Source: Eutreptiella sp. 'Long Island Sound 2002' (lineage: Eukaryota; Protista; Euglenida). From it: 64,000 bases of DNA. The stretch lies in contig OZ038378.1 in the NCBI GenBank assembly GCA_964036045.1, positions 167,586,001 to 167,650,000 on the forward strand, read 5' to 3'. Of this stretch, positions 47,341 to 60,284 are shown piece after piece. Each line of letters begins with the position of its first letter. The stretch's first letter is position 1. The notes beneath the pieces were generated by a model, which saw nothing but the letters and a program-made list of their open reading frames with translations, had not been told where the DNA came from and made no database searches. The position numbers and the translations under genes are program-made.

Positions 47341-48477
47341 TTAGGCTGAAAATTGCCACGCCAAAATAGCGGAAAACAGATGAAAACGAAACAATTGTTA
47401 CTGCACCTACCTATCTTTACTAGTGCTGCTCTCTCACTATACCTCGTCAGCGTTCTTTACCTTGTCACCCCGGTCTCCCGGCTCTTTGTCAGTGCACCAG
47501 ATGAGCGGTGCCATGAGTCTTGTTGTCCTTTTCTTGTCTTGGCCGCACGACACCACGACGCCCCGCTCACCGAACCGCCACGAGAGACGGAGTAAGGGTG
47601 GATCCTCTTCAGATACAGCCTGAGGCATTGCTTGAGGTCTGGGGGGTGTGCTTTCGCGACCACCTACAGCTGGAGCCCACGCTCAACCACTGCAAGCGCC
47701 GTGGCCGGACCATGATTGCGAAGCCACACGGGGACCACAAGGCCCACGGGGGCTGTTGCCTAGGTTGGGGATGAGCCGACCTTCTTTGTTCTGGTGTATT
47801 GGGCTGTTTTGCCCCCCAGCAGAAACCCTCGCCCGGCAGGTTTCTGCTTTTTACCGTACCGGCAACTCGTCAGCACCACGTGGCACCGGCGAGTTGCATC
47901 AATTCCACAAACAAATCGGTCCGCATACCCGCCACACGGTGGCTGGGCCCCAGGTCTGTCGCCCAGGGTTGGGAAGGGAGACTTTCCTATTTACAGCAAA
48001 CCAATATCTTGTTTGACCCACAGGTTTGACCCGAACTTGCCTATTTAGGCACAATGGTCCATTTAGTTCACAGTGGTCAAGACAAAGCTCTCCTTCGACA
48101 TCCTATTTACCACAAACCAACATCGTGTCGGACAGTCACCTGCCACCCTGTGGCTAGGCCCCAGGCCGCTTGCCCGGGTTTTGGAAGGGAGAGTATGTTG
48201 TTAACCCAACCTCTGGGATGGGGGATGGGATTGCAGCGTGTCATTACAGCCAGTGTGACCGCTCCCTGCATGGACCACTCGCGTCAAGGTGGCTTGGCGA
48301 GCGCATGTCCTGTTGGGCTGTGCCTGCACTGCGTGGCACTTAGACAAAAACCTCACCAGTCTCACCTTCCACGGCAGACGCTCATTCTGGTAGGACACTT
48401 GGGTGGGAGGACCTCGGCTGCATCCACGGAGCACAAAGCAGCAGTGGAGGCCCACGAGACGGCAGAAGGGGGCGCAC

Positions 48478-48978
48478 CTTGATGGCCTGGTGGTCGTGCT
48501 GGTCCGGCGGGTCCAGCTCCACGTAGCAGTAGTGGTCCATTTCCTTTGGGTCCACGCCCTCAGGGTACCCCCGGATGTTGTCGTTGTCGTCCTGCCAGAA
48601 GATGTAGTCCTTGAGAAGGGCGGAGGGGAGAACCCCGTGCAGCAGCCGCGCCGGAATGAACTGCTCCTCGGTGCCGCTCTTGTTCTGGGGTACGATCTTG
48701 TCGCGGAACAGCACGCAACCCGTGCCGTCTCCAGCCGGAGAATCCGACACCCCCGCGTACCGCAGCAGCGGAGGGATCTGGCAGCATCGCACCTCCTGGG
48801 TACTGGGGGTGAGCTCCAGCAGCGTGTACCGGCAGTCGGTGGTGAAGAACAGGGAGCGGTACCAGCGCCGACCGTATGACACCATTTGGAAGAGCTGCAC
48901 CATTCGGTAGTGCTTGAATACGTAGATCTCATGGATGATGCCGGCCTTCTTCGGATCAACCGCGATCAGCAGCGCCAC
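48478..48978 (-). CDS. Giant gene exon E8 (VALLIAVDPKK...LHGVLPSALLKDYIFWQD...QAIK)
   Basis: Acceptor CATCAG|GTG, donor AAG|GTGCGC; 501 nt. Confidence 0.9.
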
Positions 48979-49947
48979 CTGATGAATGAGCCAGGAAGGG
49001 ACTGGGCGGCCTAGCACAGCATCACCGTCAAAGAAGAACTCAAAACGAGGCTGGCGCTCCAGCCGAGGTCCCCGACCAAAGAGTAGCTCAAGAGACAATT
49101 GGAGGAGGTACAAAAAGAGATGGTGGCACAACCAGACATCATCAAGATGGCCAAGAAGGGGTGAAAGACAAAGACCAGGAGATGAGTTCAACGATGCACT
49201 CATGACACACAAACCCTCAGGGTGGTGCGGACAGAAGGCACAAAAGGGGTGGAGCCGTCCAAGGTAGCCACGTAGCTCAACAAGACATTCAAGAGATGTG
49301 CGCAATGCCCAGGTGGACATATGCTCGGCATGCAATGGCACAGCATCAGACCCAGTCCTGAAAGTGGACGGCACAGGTAGTGTGTTGCGGTTCTTTGCAT
49401 CCGCGTTGGCAACGTTGCAAACGTCACAGTCACCCCGGCCCCTGCCAACATGAGGGTGGCTGCGCAAGTGGCGCAGGCTGCGCACAGCCGGCCATCCCAA
49501 GCCCGGACAAGGGATCCACCCCCAAGATCCACGTTGACAACACAGGTGATGGAACACCTGTGCTGTCATAGCCATTCTACTCATAGTCAGTAGTTCCCCC
49601 CTTTTCCCTAGATGCACCGATGTTGTCATTGTAGGGGCTAGAGACACAAGAACGGGAAGGAGGCCAGTTACATATGCAGTGGCGGAGATACCGTACCTTA
49701 CCTAGGCGCCTTTGGGTACCACAAAAGGCCACCAAAGACAAACCATCCATACTATTCAGTGCAAGGACGTCGCGTACCTGGTTTTCTTTCACTGCTGTAC
49801 CATTGGTGCACTGTTGGTGCCACTGGTGCACCTGCGGTGGGAGCAGGGAGGAGGGAGGGAGGTAGTGAGGGAGGTAGAGAGAGAGGGACGGATGTAGGAC
49901 TGCACGTGGCCCTAGAAAGGGAGGAGAGAGGCGGGGGGGGGGGGCAC

Positions 49948-50293
49948 CGAAACAGTCGCCGGGATGGGCTCCTCGGGCATGTAAATTGGGATGGGGTTGA
50001 ATGGGTCGTTGTAGAACATAAGGCGAATAGGCTCGAAGAGGTCACGGATCCACTCTTCCCCAGGCAGCAGCTCGCCCGGATCGTATTCGCGGTCAAGGGT
50101 CTGCTCCGGTATGTCAGTGTCTCGGGTGTGCCACCAGTGCACATCATGGTCCCGGCCCACGAGCCGCACCCACTCGCGGTTCGTTGTGGACTGCACCACA
50201 GCGCACTGCATGGAACTGACATCCTCTGGGAAGATGCGGTTCATGTCGCCGTTTGACGCAATGCCGCTGTCTAGAGCCTTCAAATTGGATGAC
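49948..50293 (-). CDS. Giant gene exon E7 (SSNLKALDSG...EEPIPATVS)
   Basis: Acceptor TCGCAG|G (phase 2), donor TCG|GTGCCC (alternative 6 nt earlier). Confidence 0.85.
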
Positions 50294-51193
50294 CTGCGAG
50301 CAGAGGCAGACCGCACCATCATAGCCTGCCCTCCCGGTCCCGTTACTGGCCCATATTCTGGTCCCTGAACCGGCGCCACCCTCCTACATGGCTCGGCGCT
50401 CGGGCCGCAGAATTCACGGACCCGCAGCCTTCATTTCGAGCCACCGAAGAGGAGCAGCGGGGAAAGGCGAGCACGCGACCGCACGCACTGCATGGACGTT
50501 TCCCACGTCATCGTGGGGGAGAGCACCCTTCAAACGTCACGGTCATCGGAACGACTGCATTAGAATCCTGCCGGCGGCACTGGACGCGCCACGGGAGCAG
50601 TATGCTGCCATCAGAGCAGCGGGGTTTCTTCCACTCTGAACCCCAAAACTGCACTTTTCTTCCCCACACCCAACCGAATAGACACAAACGTCCTCGAGCA
50701 CAACAGAAGAAAGTCACATGAAAGACTCAGCAGCGGGCAGTTGTACGTCACAGTAACCAACCAGCGTTTATGGAGTGCCCCACCCCCAAAATTCGCCCAC
50801 TGCCCAACAACCGCGACACAGCACAGTTTCCCATTTTGGTTCTTCGGGTAACGTCCTTCAGGATCAGAATGAAAAAGTCTCCTCGTGCCCTGCGAGGAGG
50901 GAGGGTCCTTGACTGCGACTCCCTCGTGCATGCGCGTCATCCACGGTACACGGGACCCCTGATGGACATCCCTCTTCCCTGTCGTCCATTCCCTGCGCCC
51001 TTCCGTCCCCTGCATCCCACCCTTTCTCCCTGCCTCCCGGCCTTCACACCCTGTCACTCCACCGGCACCCCTACCCCACTGGCGCCTGTGGGGGGAGTGC
51101 CTGTGGGTGTGAGGGCGCACGGACGAGGGTTGGCGGGAGTAAGGGCAATGCGTTTCTCATTCTCTCCCCCAAAACGAGGGGTAACGCGCACAC

Positions 51194-51496
51194 CGGAGCG
51201 TCAGTTGGTAGGTCTGCAGATTGAGCTCCAGGTCCTGCTGCCGCCCGCTCTGGTCCTGCTTCTTGACCCGCAGCTGCCGTTTGCGCTTCTTGTCCTTCTT
51301 GGCACCGCCCTCGTCGTCACTATCCTCGTCTCCGCCATCGTCCTTCTTCTGCTTGCGCCTCTGCTTCCGCCCCTGATTCTCCAGCTCAAGGGCCTTTATC
51401 TTGCGCTCCCGCCGCGCGATCGCGTCCTTCTCCTGCTGCTCTGCCTCAGCCTTTAGCTCCGCTTCCTTCTCTTCTACGGTGGGTGCGTTCTCAGAA
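51194..51496 (-). CDS. Giant gene exon E6 (charged segment, ...DLELNLQTYQLTLR)
   Basis: Acceptor GTGCAG|T (phase 2), donor CG|GTGTGC (phase 2). Confidence 0.85.
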
Positions 51497-52623
51497 CTGC
51501 ACATAAACAGCACCAGCACAGCAGGGGGCCCCTCGAGCCCACTCTCCAGATCCCCCACCAAAACGGCTCCCATGAGCGAGGCCCTTGCCGATGCCCCGAC
51601 AGGCCCGTCGGGAGGAGGGGGGGGGGGGATTCCCGACATGTATGAGTCAAAAGAAGTGATCCCCATGAAGCGCTGATCCTTTTGAGGTATGTATCATCGT
51701 GCCAGATCTTTTCCAAGAAACTGCCGTCGTTGCAGACCTTGCGGACATGCCAACAGGGCGAGAACCCTCCGTCTCCTGTGGGCCGCCAGAAAGTCATCAA
51801 GCCCCTCAGGACATGCCGTGAGAAATTCACGGGAGTGCAGGCAGCATGGCATCAACAGCAACAGCCCTCTCTTGACCGCCTACTCAAAAGGGGGAAATCC
51901 AATGGCGGGGTGAGGGGGTCAGTTACTCCGACATAAATGAGGCACAATGATCCCCACGACACGCAAATCATTTTGAAGTGTGTATCATTGGGGGTTTTCA
52001 AAAAACTCCATGCGGCCCAACGTCAAGCTGGTACTATTGGTCAAATCATACCTTCACTCATGGGGGCCCCTTTTCCACAACCCCCCCCCCCTTTGCCCTA
52101 CCCCCTCCCCGCCCCCTGGCAAACAAAATTTTAGTGAGACTGGGATTTCGGGACCGCCTCTAAAGAGGAGAGGCCATTTGAGGCCACTCTCAGCGGCGAC
52201 TTGAATTTCGGGGCCACCTCGACACAAAAGAGGCCATTTGAGGCCAGTTTCACTGCCGAGACTGGGATTTTGAGGCCGCCTCGATATACTGGCGTCTGTT
52301 GCTCCGGGACTAATGCCAATTGCCATGGGCTGACCATCAAACTGCCATTTGAAACCCGCCTGACACCGCCCCCTGACCATCCACCCCCATCAATTGACCA
52401 CCCGCACGGCCTGTGGGACACCAGCCACGGTTAAAGACCAATCGATGCCCGTGGACCATCAATCGCCGTCGATGAATCCCCAACCGCTGTGGGTTGGGCA
52501 TCCAGCGCTGTCGATAGACCAACGATCGCAGCATTCCGTAGGGCAGGTCCTACTGGGGAAAGGAACACAGGAGGGCGGTCCCCAAGCATGTCCCATGAGG
52601 GGCACGTCCAATGCGAGGCACAC

Positions 52624-52863
52624 CGGCCGAATCGTCCACTGTTGTGCGGCCCTGCAAGCGACTCCCAGTGCCGCAGCACGTCACGGCGGCTGGCGACCCG
52701 TCCTCCACTGTCGGTGGTGACACGGACCACAGCCTCCAGGATGTCCATGCGGTCCCTTGTGGGCGCCTCGTTCAAGAATGTGATGAGGCTCCGACGCTGG
52801 ATTTGGTGGCACTGGTACACCTCAGTTTCCTCCATGGGCAAATCACCCTGATTCCACGTCCAC
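52624..52863 (-). CDS. Giant gene exon E5 (WTWNQGDLPMEETEVY...SGRFG)
   Basis: Acceptor TCACAG|G (phase 2), donor CG|GTGTGC (phase 2). Confidence 0.85.
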
Positions 52864-53040
52864 CTGTGAGAGCCACACGGTGCACACAGACGGGAGACTA
52901 AAAAGGGTGTCCAGGGTCGGGGAGACTTGTTGGGATTTGCGCCATTTGATTCTCTGACAAGCCTGTCTTTCACACTAACAATACCCAAATCAGGCGAGTT
53001 GTATCATATCGGTAGCCTCTCATTCCTGAAACCCGGCGTA

Positions 53041-53164
53041 TACGCTACTCAGGCTACCAGCACAAGCGCAGTACGCTACTCAGGCTACCAGCACAAGCGC
53101 AGTACGCTACTCAGGCTACCAGCACAAGCGCAGTACGCTACTCAGGCTACCAGCACAAGCGCAG
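53041..53164. repeat. 31-bp tandem repeat x4 (tacgctactcaggctaccagcacaagcgcag)
   Basis: Direct reading. Confidence 0.95.
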
Positions 53165-53235
53165 GGGCATTCGGTAGCTGGGCAAACGTTGTTGGGGGGA
53201 GGGTTGCTTTGTCTGGAGGGAGAGCGGGGGGTCAC

Positions 53236-53981
53236 CTGTTGGCCAGAAATATGGTAGAGCTGAGGACGATAGATGCAGAACGCACGTCCCACTCGTCAGG
53301 GGTCATGTTGCGGTGGATGAGGATCAGGTGGGAGTGCAGGTGGGACGCCTTCGAGATGTGCTCGCCCATGTCATACCGATCTGCCTCCGGGTCGCTGGCA
53401 AGGTCCTTGAACTTCTTGATGCACTGCGCGATCCAGCCCTCCAGCATGTTGCGGACCTCCTCCCGGAGCACCCCTTGCACCGTCGCGAGGCACTCGCGCA
53501 GCTCGGCCAGGATCTCAGGCAGGATCAGCACGTCCCGCAGCTCTCGCTCCATGCTGGCGTGCGCCCCGTCCGCCAGCTGCACCAGGAACGATATGGAGTG
53601 CTCCACCCGTAAAGCGACCCGGATCACGTACAGGATGAGCTCCACCTCCGTACTGTACGGCGTCCCGCTGTCGCACTCCAGCCCCTGTTTCAGCAGCGAA
53701 AGCAGACTCGCGCAGAGTGCCTTTGGTGAGCGCTGGAGTTCGTTAAATAGAATGCCGAACGGCGTTGCCAAGAGCTTCTTGTCCTCCGCAGGCACCATCA
53801 GCGGAGCTTGGTTGTTCCCGAAGGCGGCGTGCCGGCCTGGCTCGAACAGAACGCCATCCAAGAGCTCTTGCATGGACCTCCTCAGGGTGTGGATGCGGTC
53901 GTTGGTTGCGAAGAAAGACAGCACAAGGGGCAGCCGCATGTAGGGGACGGTCAGATACGACAACAGTAGTTCGGCATCCCT
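53236..53981 (-). CDS. Giant gene exon E4 (RDAELLLSYLTVPYMRLPL...STIFLAN)
   Basis: Acceptor ACGCAG|AGG (alternative in-frame acceptor at 54005), donor AG|GTGACC (phase 2). Confidence 0.88.
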
Positions 53982-55092
53982 CTGCGTGAGTGCGTGATGG
54001 GTCAACTGCAGGGAGGGACTGTGTAAACGACTGAATGGGTGGACGAGTCCAGTGAGTGGATGGTGAGTGAGAGAGTGAGAGAGGGAGGAAGGGACGGAGG
54101 GGCGGAGGAGGCGGAGCGTGAAAGGGTGGATACACGCACATGCAAGGGACGTCGGGGTGGAGTGGGTGGGTGGGTGGGTGGGTGGGCACAGCTGTCAGCA
54201 CCCTGATGCGCTGCAGGCTACAGTCGCATCTAGCGCGAAGTGTGTGTTGCTGGCAACAGCAGCCAGTGCCCATCACCGTGCACCGAGCAGCAGCAGCCAG
54301 CAGCAGCCACTGTTGCAGGCAGCTGCACTCGGCACCCAGCACCGTGTCAATGCCGCTCCACCCGCCATCAGCCTCAAAAGCACCCCCTGCCCCACCGTCG
54401 ACTTCTGCAGCCCCACCAAGAGTGGAGCGGCGGCCAGCAACGTACGCCAAACGCCACGCAACAGATGCCAACGTCCAGTGCCGGGCAATGGGCAGCACCA
54501 ACCAGCACCGCACACCAGGCAACAGGCAGCAGCCAGCACCTGCGGCCGTGCTGCAAACAGCAACGCCCGGCATCCCGCACCCCAACACAGCCAGCGGCAG
54601 CCAGTACCCAGTGTCAGACGGCCACCAGCAGCCTGAGCCCCGCCCTGTGCAACAGGCAGCCACAGCCAGGCAGCAAGCAACGGCAGCCACCGCCGCCCAC
54701 AGGGCAGCAAACCACAACAAAAAGCGCCAAAAGCAGTGACTCAGGCCGCAACAACCGGAAGGCAACAGAACGCACAGCGCACGGCAGGACACACGGAACA
54801 CAGGCACACGCGCAGCGCACGCAATGAGCACACGCAGGGCTGCCACACCCACAACCAGTCTGAGAAGCCCAGGATAAGGCTGATCCCTACTGTCCGCCAG
54901 TGGCCGCTCTCGACCGGTCAATGCGTGAGGCAGCCGAGAGGTGTGCCAATAGCGTACGGCCGCACTGTATCTGAACCTGAGCCCCTCCCTCCATCCCTCC
55001 CTCCCTCCCTCCCTCCCTCCCTCCCTCCGCCTCGGCTTATTCACACACTGATTCACACGTTCACTCAGAGGCCCCATGGGGTGATGCAGGAC

Positions 55093-55878
55093 CTGATTCA
55101 ATGTACCATTGATATCTGGGAGATTCTTAATGTGCAGGAGATCGCTTTCGTTGAATATCTTGTGCGGCGCGGTATATTCCGAAGGGTCTGCGCAGGAACA
55201 ATATCTCTGCCCGGTTTTGCAGCGCGTGTACACATTGTTGTCATCCAAATCCCAGCTGTACTGCTTCCTGCCTTCACTGTATTTCCAGTTCACAGGCCAC
55301 GGTGGTGTGCCAGGGAAGGAGGTGTCGGTGTCTGCCATGACCATCTTGAAATACAGCCCCATGTTCTTGTAAACCTCCCACTCTGGGTATGCGTAGCTCA
55401 GCATGGCGCCCTGGTCTTCGCCACAGATGTAGTCCCACACATGCGTAGACGTCTGGTTCCAGCCCAGCCGCCGGCAGATCGCCAGGATGAACTCGTCCAG
55501 GCTGGCATGCGCTGCACCGCCCTGCTCCCAGCGAAAAATTACGTTGTGCGCGGGGATCTGAAGGTGATGGAAGTAATCGAGCACATCGGTGCGCACCACC
55601 ATGAGCTCCGGATGTGGGGACATCATCGTCTCCGACTGCAGTGCGAAGAACCCCGGGCCCATCCCAAACGCGCCCTCCTCCTCGAACCCCAGGAGGTGCT
55701 CGCTGATCACAGAGGGAATGTCGGTGGGCAGGCGGCGGATCAGGCTGTCGACCATGCAAAAGAGGGCACCGGTGACCGTGAGCCGCATGGCGTCAAGCTG
55801 CCGTTCGCCAACTATCTGCTCGAACACCAGCTGCAGGAACGTCTCGCAGACACGCCGGATCAGCAGGCATGTCTCGAC
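55093..55878 (-). CDS. Giant gene exon E3 (VETCLLIRR...LPDINGTLNQ)
   Basis: Acceptor ACCCAG|GTC, donor CAG|GTCCTG; 786 nt. Confidence 0.88.
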
Positions 55879-57899
55879 CTGGGTTGGATAGATTACCGAT
55901 GCAGGGGGTTGCATTCTTGTTGTGAAGACTTGCAAGGGTCGCAGCTGGTTGTGAAAGGCTGGAAAGACCATTGAATAGAGTTGCAGAGGGTTGGAAAGGT
56001 CTGGAGAGGGTTGCAGAGGTAGTGGGTCGTGGAGGGTGGTGACTGAGTGTTCAAGGGTTTGTAAAGGTTCAACAGGGTTGCCTTGCCGAGGGCAATGGAT
56101 TTTTTGTCCGCACATTCGGCACCAACCAAATTTCAGGACAACCCTCACCCTCTGCATAGCCCCCAACAACATCCCCCAACCATGACCACGGGGGCAGATT
56201 CCACGATCCCACATGCAGGGGTCCCAGAGGGGTTGAGGAGGGGGGGGTTAAAAAAATTTTACGGGTTAGGCGGGCAATTTCCCCCATTTCATTCTGAGCA
56301 TTTTTTATATGTCCAAGTCCGTGGTAAAATCATCTCGTGTCCGCTAAAGTGGTGTGCCGAAGGGGGGGAGCATCGGGACTCACGCGTCCACCAATCGTCT
56401 GATGAAGCCGGCCTGCAGGCCCGTTGGCAAATCCGCCGTTCCACATTGGCATAGGTGAGGGAATCTGGAGGGATTGGAACCCTTGGGGGGGGGGGGGTTC
56501 CAACCACCCCCCGTGATCCTTCCGGTCTCTTGCTGTCTGACCTTGTCCACCCCTCGCCAAACCCCTGCAACATCCAGTCTGCCACACCACTTATCACTGC
56601 TTTCAGACCAACGCCCCCCCCCCAAATCGGCGAAGAAATCCCAACATATCGGCGGAACAAATTGGCGGACCAATTTTTTAGCAAAACAGGTTCTTAGTGC
56701 CCTGGATCTCAGTCCCAGGCCCGAAACACACCCTCCTTTTGGTTGCTCTGTAGTTGGAGTCATGTGGAAACCCAAAATATGTCTCAATTTTCGAAAAAAA
56801 AAAAATTTCATCTATCGGTCTGTACATGGTTCCTGAGGATGAATATGGCAGTGTAAGGCAGTGGTCCAGTGGTACATGCAATAGTCTGCAATTCATTGTC
56901 CCCCAGTGATCAAACTTTTCTGCGGGACAAGTACCCTGATGCTGGTCAGGGGGCAGTTTGCAACTTATGTGCTCGCTCTGTACGCCCCAGTGCGTTCTTC
57001 AGCCGCCATTCTTCAAGCACCTCATCATCAGCCCCCCAATCAGTGGATTCTTGGCTGCAGGTGCCTTTGGCTCCTTGAGTTGTGTCTGATGCAGCCACGC
57101 CTTGGCTACAGAGTCAATGGAATCCAGTGGAATCCAGGGTTGTGGAGCGTTCAGCGTCTGTTGCAGAGTATTCTACTGCTGCCATCAAGACAAGTGACAA
57201 AAAATGCAAGAAAAAATCCGTCTTGGAATTAAACCACCGCCAACCGATGTGATCCCAGAGGACCAGAGATGCGTCTTCTTTGTGGGCAGTAAAAACACTT
57301 CATGGTGCCAATCTGAAGAACCAATATAGAAAGAAAAGGTATTATCTAGTGTCCCAAAGTAAATGATGCACATCTTAGATTGACACCTCCAAATCAGGTG
57401 TCCTAGAATCCCAGAAGCCCCAACAAGTCGGCAGAATGAATCGGCAAAATCACAGAAACCCAGCGAATCGGCAGAACAAATTGGCAAAATCACAGAAACG
57501 AAACAAATCGGCAGAACAAATTGGCGAGGTCGGCCGAAAGCGTGAAGCCTAGTTGAAGATTTTCATGACGTTGGTTGCCATGACTCGTGTAGATGCACAT
57601 CCACTGCAACCAAGTTACTTGGGGCCGGATTATTTGATTCTCGGCTCCAAAGCGACCACACGTGCAACACTGTCCTGAGGGGCCTTTCTCAGCCAGGTGA
57701 GGGTTAGGGTCACCGAGCTGGTGGAACCAGTCTTGGTTTTATAACCCTTTAGTGTCTAGGGTGGACCTAACAGGTTTGGCAAGCAACAACCAAGCAGCAA
57801 GCATCAAGCAGCAACCAAGCAACAAGCACACAGCTCCGTCATGCTGCTTCGGATTCGGCCAAAATTTTGTGGATGCTACCTACGGATGTGAGGGACAAC

Positions 57900-59460
57900 C
57901 ACACGAAATATGAGCCAAAAACTCAACGATGGCGGCCGGGAACGGGTGTCTCCATTTCAAAATCTGCAATTTAGGGCCAAAATCAGCCTTTTTTTGCCCA
58001 AAACCCCCCTAGAACTTGCTAAAAACGGCCAAATGAAGGGAAATGGTGGCTACTCTACACATGCAGCTAGACTTCCCCATGCCGAAGGGCCCTCTAGGGC
58101 CCTCTAACTCCACAATATGTCCGCAAACCGCCCCCAAAAGGCCCCCAAAAGCCCTTTGTGCACATTGGCCACTGACAGCCCCCAAACCAAAAACTGACCA
58201 TATCTTGGGCTACGTGGCTCAAAACACGATTTCGAGCGCACCTAATCCACCCGCAACCACTCACTTTTGGTGGTTTTCACCCCTCAAAATTGCCCTAACG
58301 CCTAGACCCCCGTACCTAGGCCCGGTTGGTTGCGGCAAGCTGCAAGAGGTAGCCCAAAGAGGTGGTGCCAAAATGGGTCAACAACGTCCACCGGGTGCAA
58401 AAAAAATGACTTTATTCAAAAATGATCCTAGACCACATGGAATGCCAAAACAAGTGTTTTTGGCGCGTTTTGAGCTCGTGGTGGCCCGTTTCGGCCCTCC
58501 TAAAATCCCAAACTGCATTGAAAATGGGTTGTTTTGGGACAAAAAATGGGTCAAAATGGGTCAAAAATGTGTTTTTCCAAAAATGATCCTAGACCATTTG
58601 GGGTGCCTAAACATGTGAAATGAGCCCATTTTGAGCCCATAGCACACCATTTTGGCCCCTTTAAAGTCACAAAATGCCTTGAAAATGGGTTGCTTTGGGA
58701 CAAAAATGGGTCAAAAATGGGTCAAAAATGTGTTTTACCAAAGATACTTTTGGACTATTTGGGGTGCACAAACAAGTGGAATGAGCCTGCAAGCCATTTT
58801 GGCCCCTCCAAAGTCACAAAATGCTCTGAAAATGGGCTGTTTTGGAACCAAAAAATGGGTCAAAAATGGGTCAAAAATGGGTCAAAAATGGGTCAAAATT
58901 GTGTTTTTCCAAAAATGATCCTAGACCATTTGGGGTGCCTCAACAAGTCGAATGAGCCCATTTTCAGCCCATTGCAAGCCATTTTGGCCACTCCAAAGTC
59001 ACAAAATGCCTTGAAAATGGGCTGTTTTGTAACCAAAAATCAGTCAAAAATGGATCAAAAATGTGTTTTTCCAAAGATCATTTTGGACTATTTGGGGTGC
59101 ACAAACAAGTGGAATGAGCCCAGTTTGAGCCCATGTGGAGCAATTTTGGCCCCTCTCAAGGCCGAAAGGGCCTTGAAAATGGGCCAATTTGGGACCACAA
59201 ATGGCTCAAAAACGGGTCAAACCCATGGTTTTCCAAGAATGATCCTAGTCCAGTTGTGGTGCCCAAACGGATGAATAAAGCTCATTTTGAGCCCCTTTTG
59301 AGCCGCTCTCATCCACTTGCCAGTGCATACGGGCTTCGGGCGCTCTGTCTGTTTTTGACTCAGAATCACAAGTTTCACCCTTTGCTTTTTTGATTTTGAG
59401 CCGTAATCTCTTGTACGGGCCCAACTCTGCGCATGTGGGGCCTGGCGAACCCTAGCGAGG
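57900..59460. repeat. AT-richer complex repeat with ~170-180-bp diverged units and (aaaatgggtc)n; diverged copy near 61260-61560
   Basis: aaatgatcctagacca(t)ttggggtgc and aaaatgggtcaaaa recur several times. Confidence 0.75.
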
Positions 59461-60195
59461 ATTGAATATTGGGACTGAGCTGGTGGGGGAAGGAACATCG
59501 TCTAGGAGACTTCAACAACAAATGAGATACACACTGGGAAGCCTGGGATACACATGTGATGCGTGGACTCCAAGCTATGTCAACAAAGAATCTTCAAACG
59601 ATAATTGTTTCACCGTATGTGGGAAAGAGCTGCAAAGGACCGGGAAACGAACCGTGTAGACCTGCAAAAGCAGGAAAGCTGTGAGGCACAAGCGAGAACT
59701 CTTGAAAGTTGGGACACACACGACACCCCCTTTTGAAGTTTGGGATACTATTCGATGTGGTAACTGAGGTTTGGTGGATGCACTCTATTCACACGTCGAG
59801 AGACGACCCTACAAGTTTCGGCGCGGGAAAGGATTTCCGCCCTGAGGAAATGCAATATTCACCTTGAGGAACAAGCATGAGGCCGTTCAAAATGTCAGTC
59901 CTAAAAAAATCACGATGCACAACAAAAAAATCGGACGTCATCCCCTTGGGGGGTGCTGCGCAAATGCCCCCAATACCACCCAGGGTTGGGCGCCTTGATG
60001 CCAGCTGTGTTGATCTGTGCCGGCTGGGCTGGGCCGGCTTCGCCGCTTCGGTGTGGGCTGCGCCGTTTTGGTGCAGGCTCGGCTGTTTGGATGTTGCAGG
60101 ATTCACCAATGGGAGGTGGCTGCCCCCTGCGTCTGGCGGGCTGAGTCGTTAAGCGGAACTCTGGGGTTGACCGAAACAGTGAGGGTTACAGAGGG

Positions 60196-60238
<43 letters not shown>

Positions 60239-60284
60239 AACAGGGCCGTGGAGAGTCCGAGAGGGCGGCAGAGGGTGGACCGAC

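Larger units (their letters stand above)
38200..47400 (-). mobile_element. Non-LTR retrotransposon (APE-RT-RNase H type with gag-like ORF1), near full length, slightly decayed; termini uncertain
   Basis: ORF1 43894-45537; ORF2 EN motifs (SVNCQG, CQET, GGDWN, GDH), RT motifs (RPIKVL, LLDTVGAYD, GVSQG, YVDD), RNase H (GDAS, VEAT, WSDC, NQLMDKEAK) and a C-terminal CxxC...HxxxxC. No LTRs, integrase or TSD recognised. Confidence 0.88.

Noticed and set aside
49000-49560. Coiled-coil-like broken + strand frame (EELKTRL...KRQLEEVQKEM)
   Set aside because: Multiple stops and no recognisable family; at most an unclassifiable TE relic.
53743-56214. 823-aa ORF as a single gene
   Set aside because: Only 55093-55878 is exon E3; the rest is read-through into low-complexity intron sequence.
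59480-59560. LGDFNNK*DTHW on the + strand, like an APE GDFN motif
   Set aside because: Isolated short match with an adjacent stop and no other endonuclease motifs.
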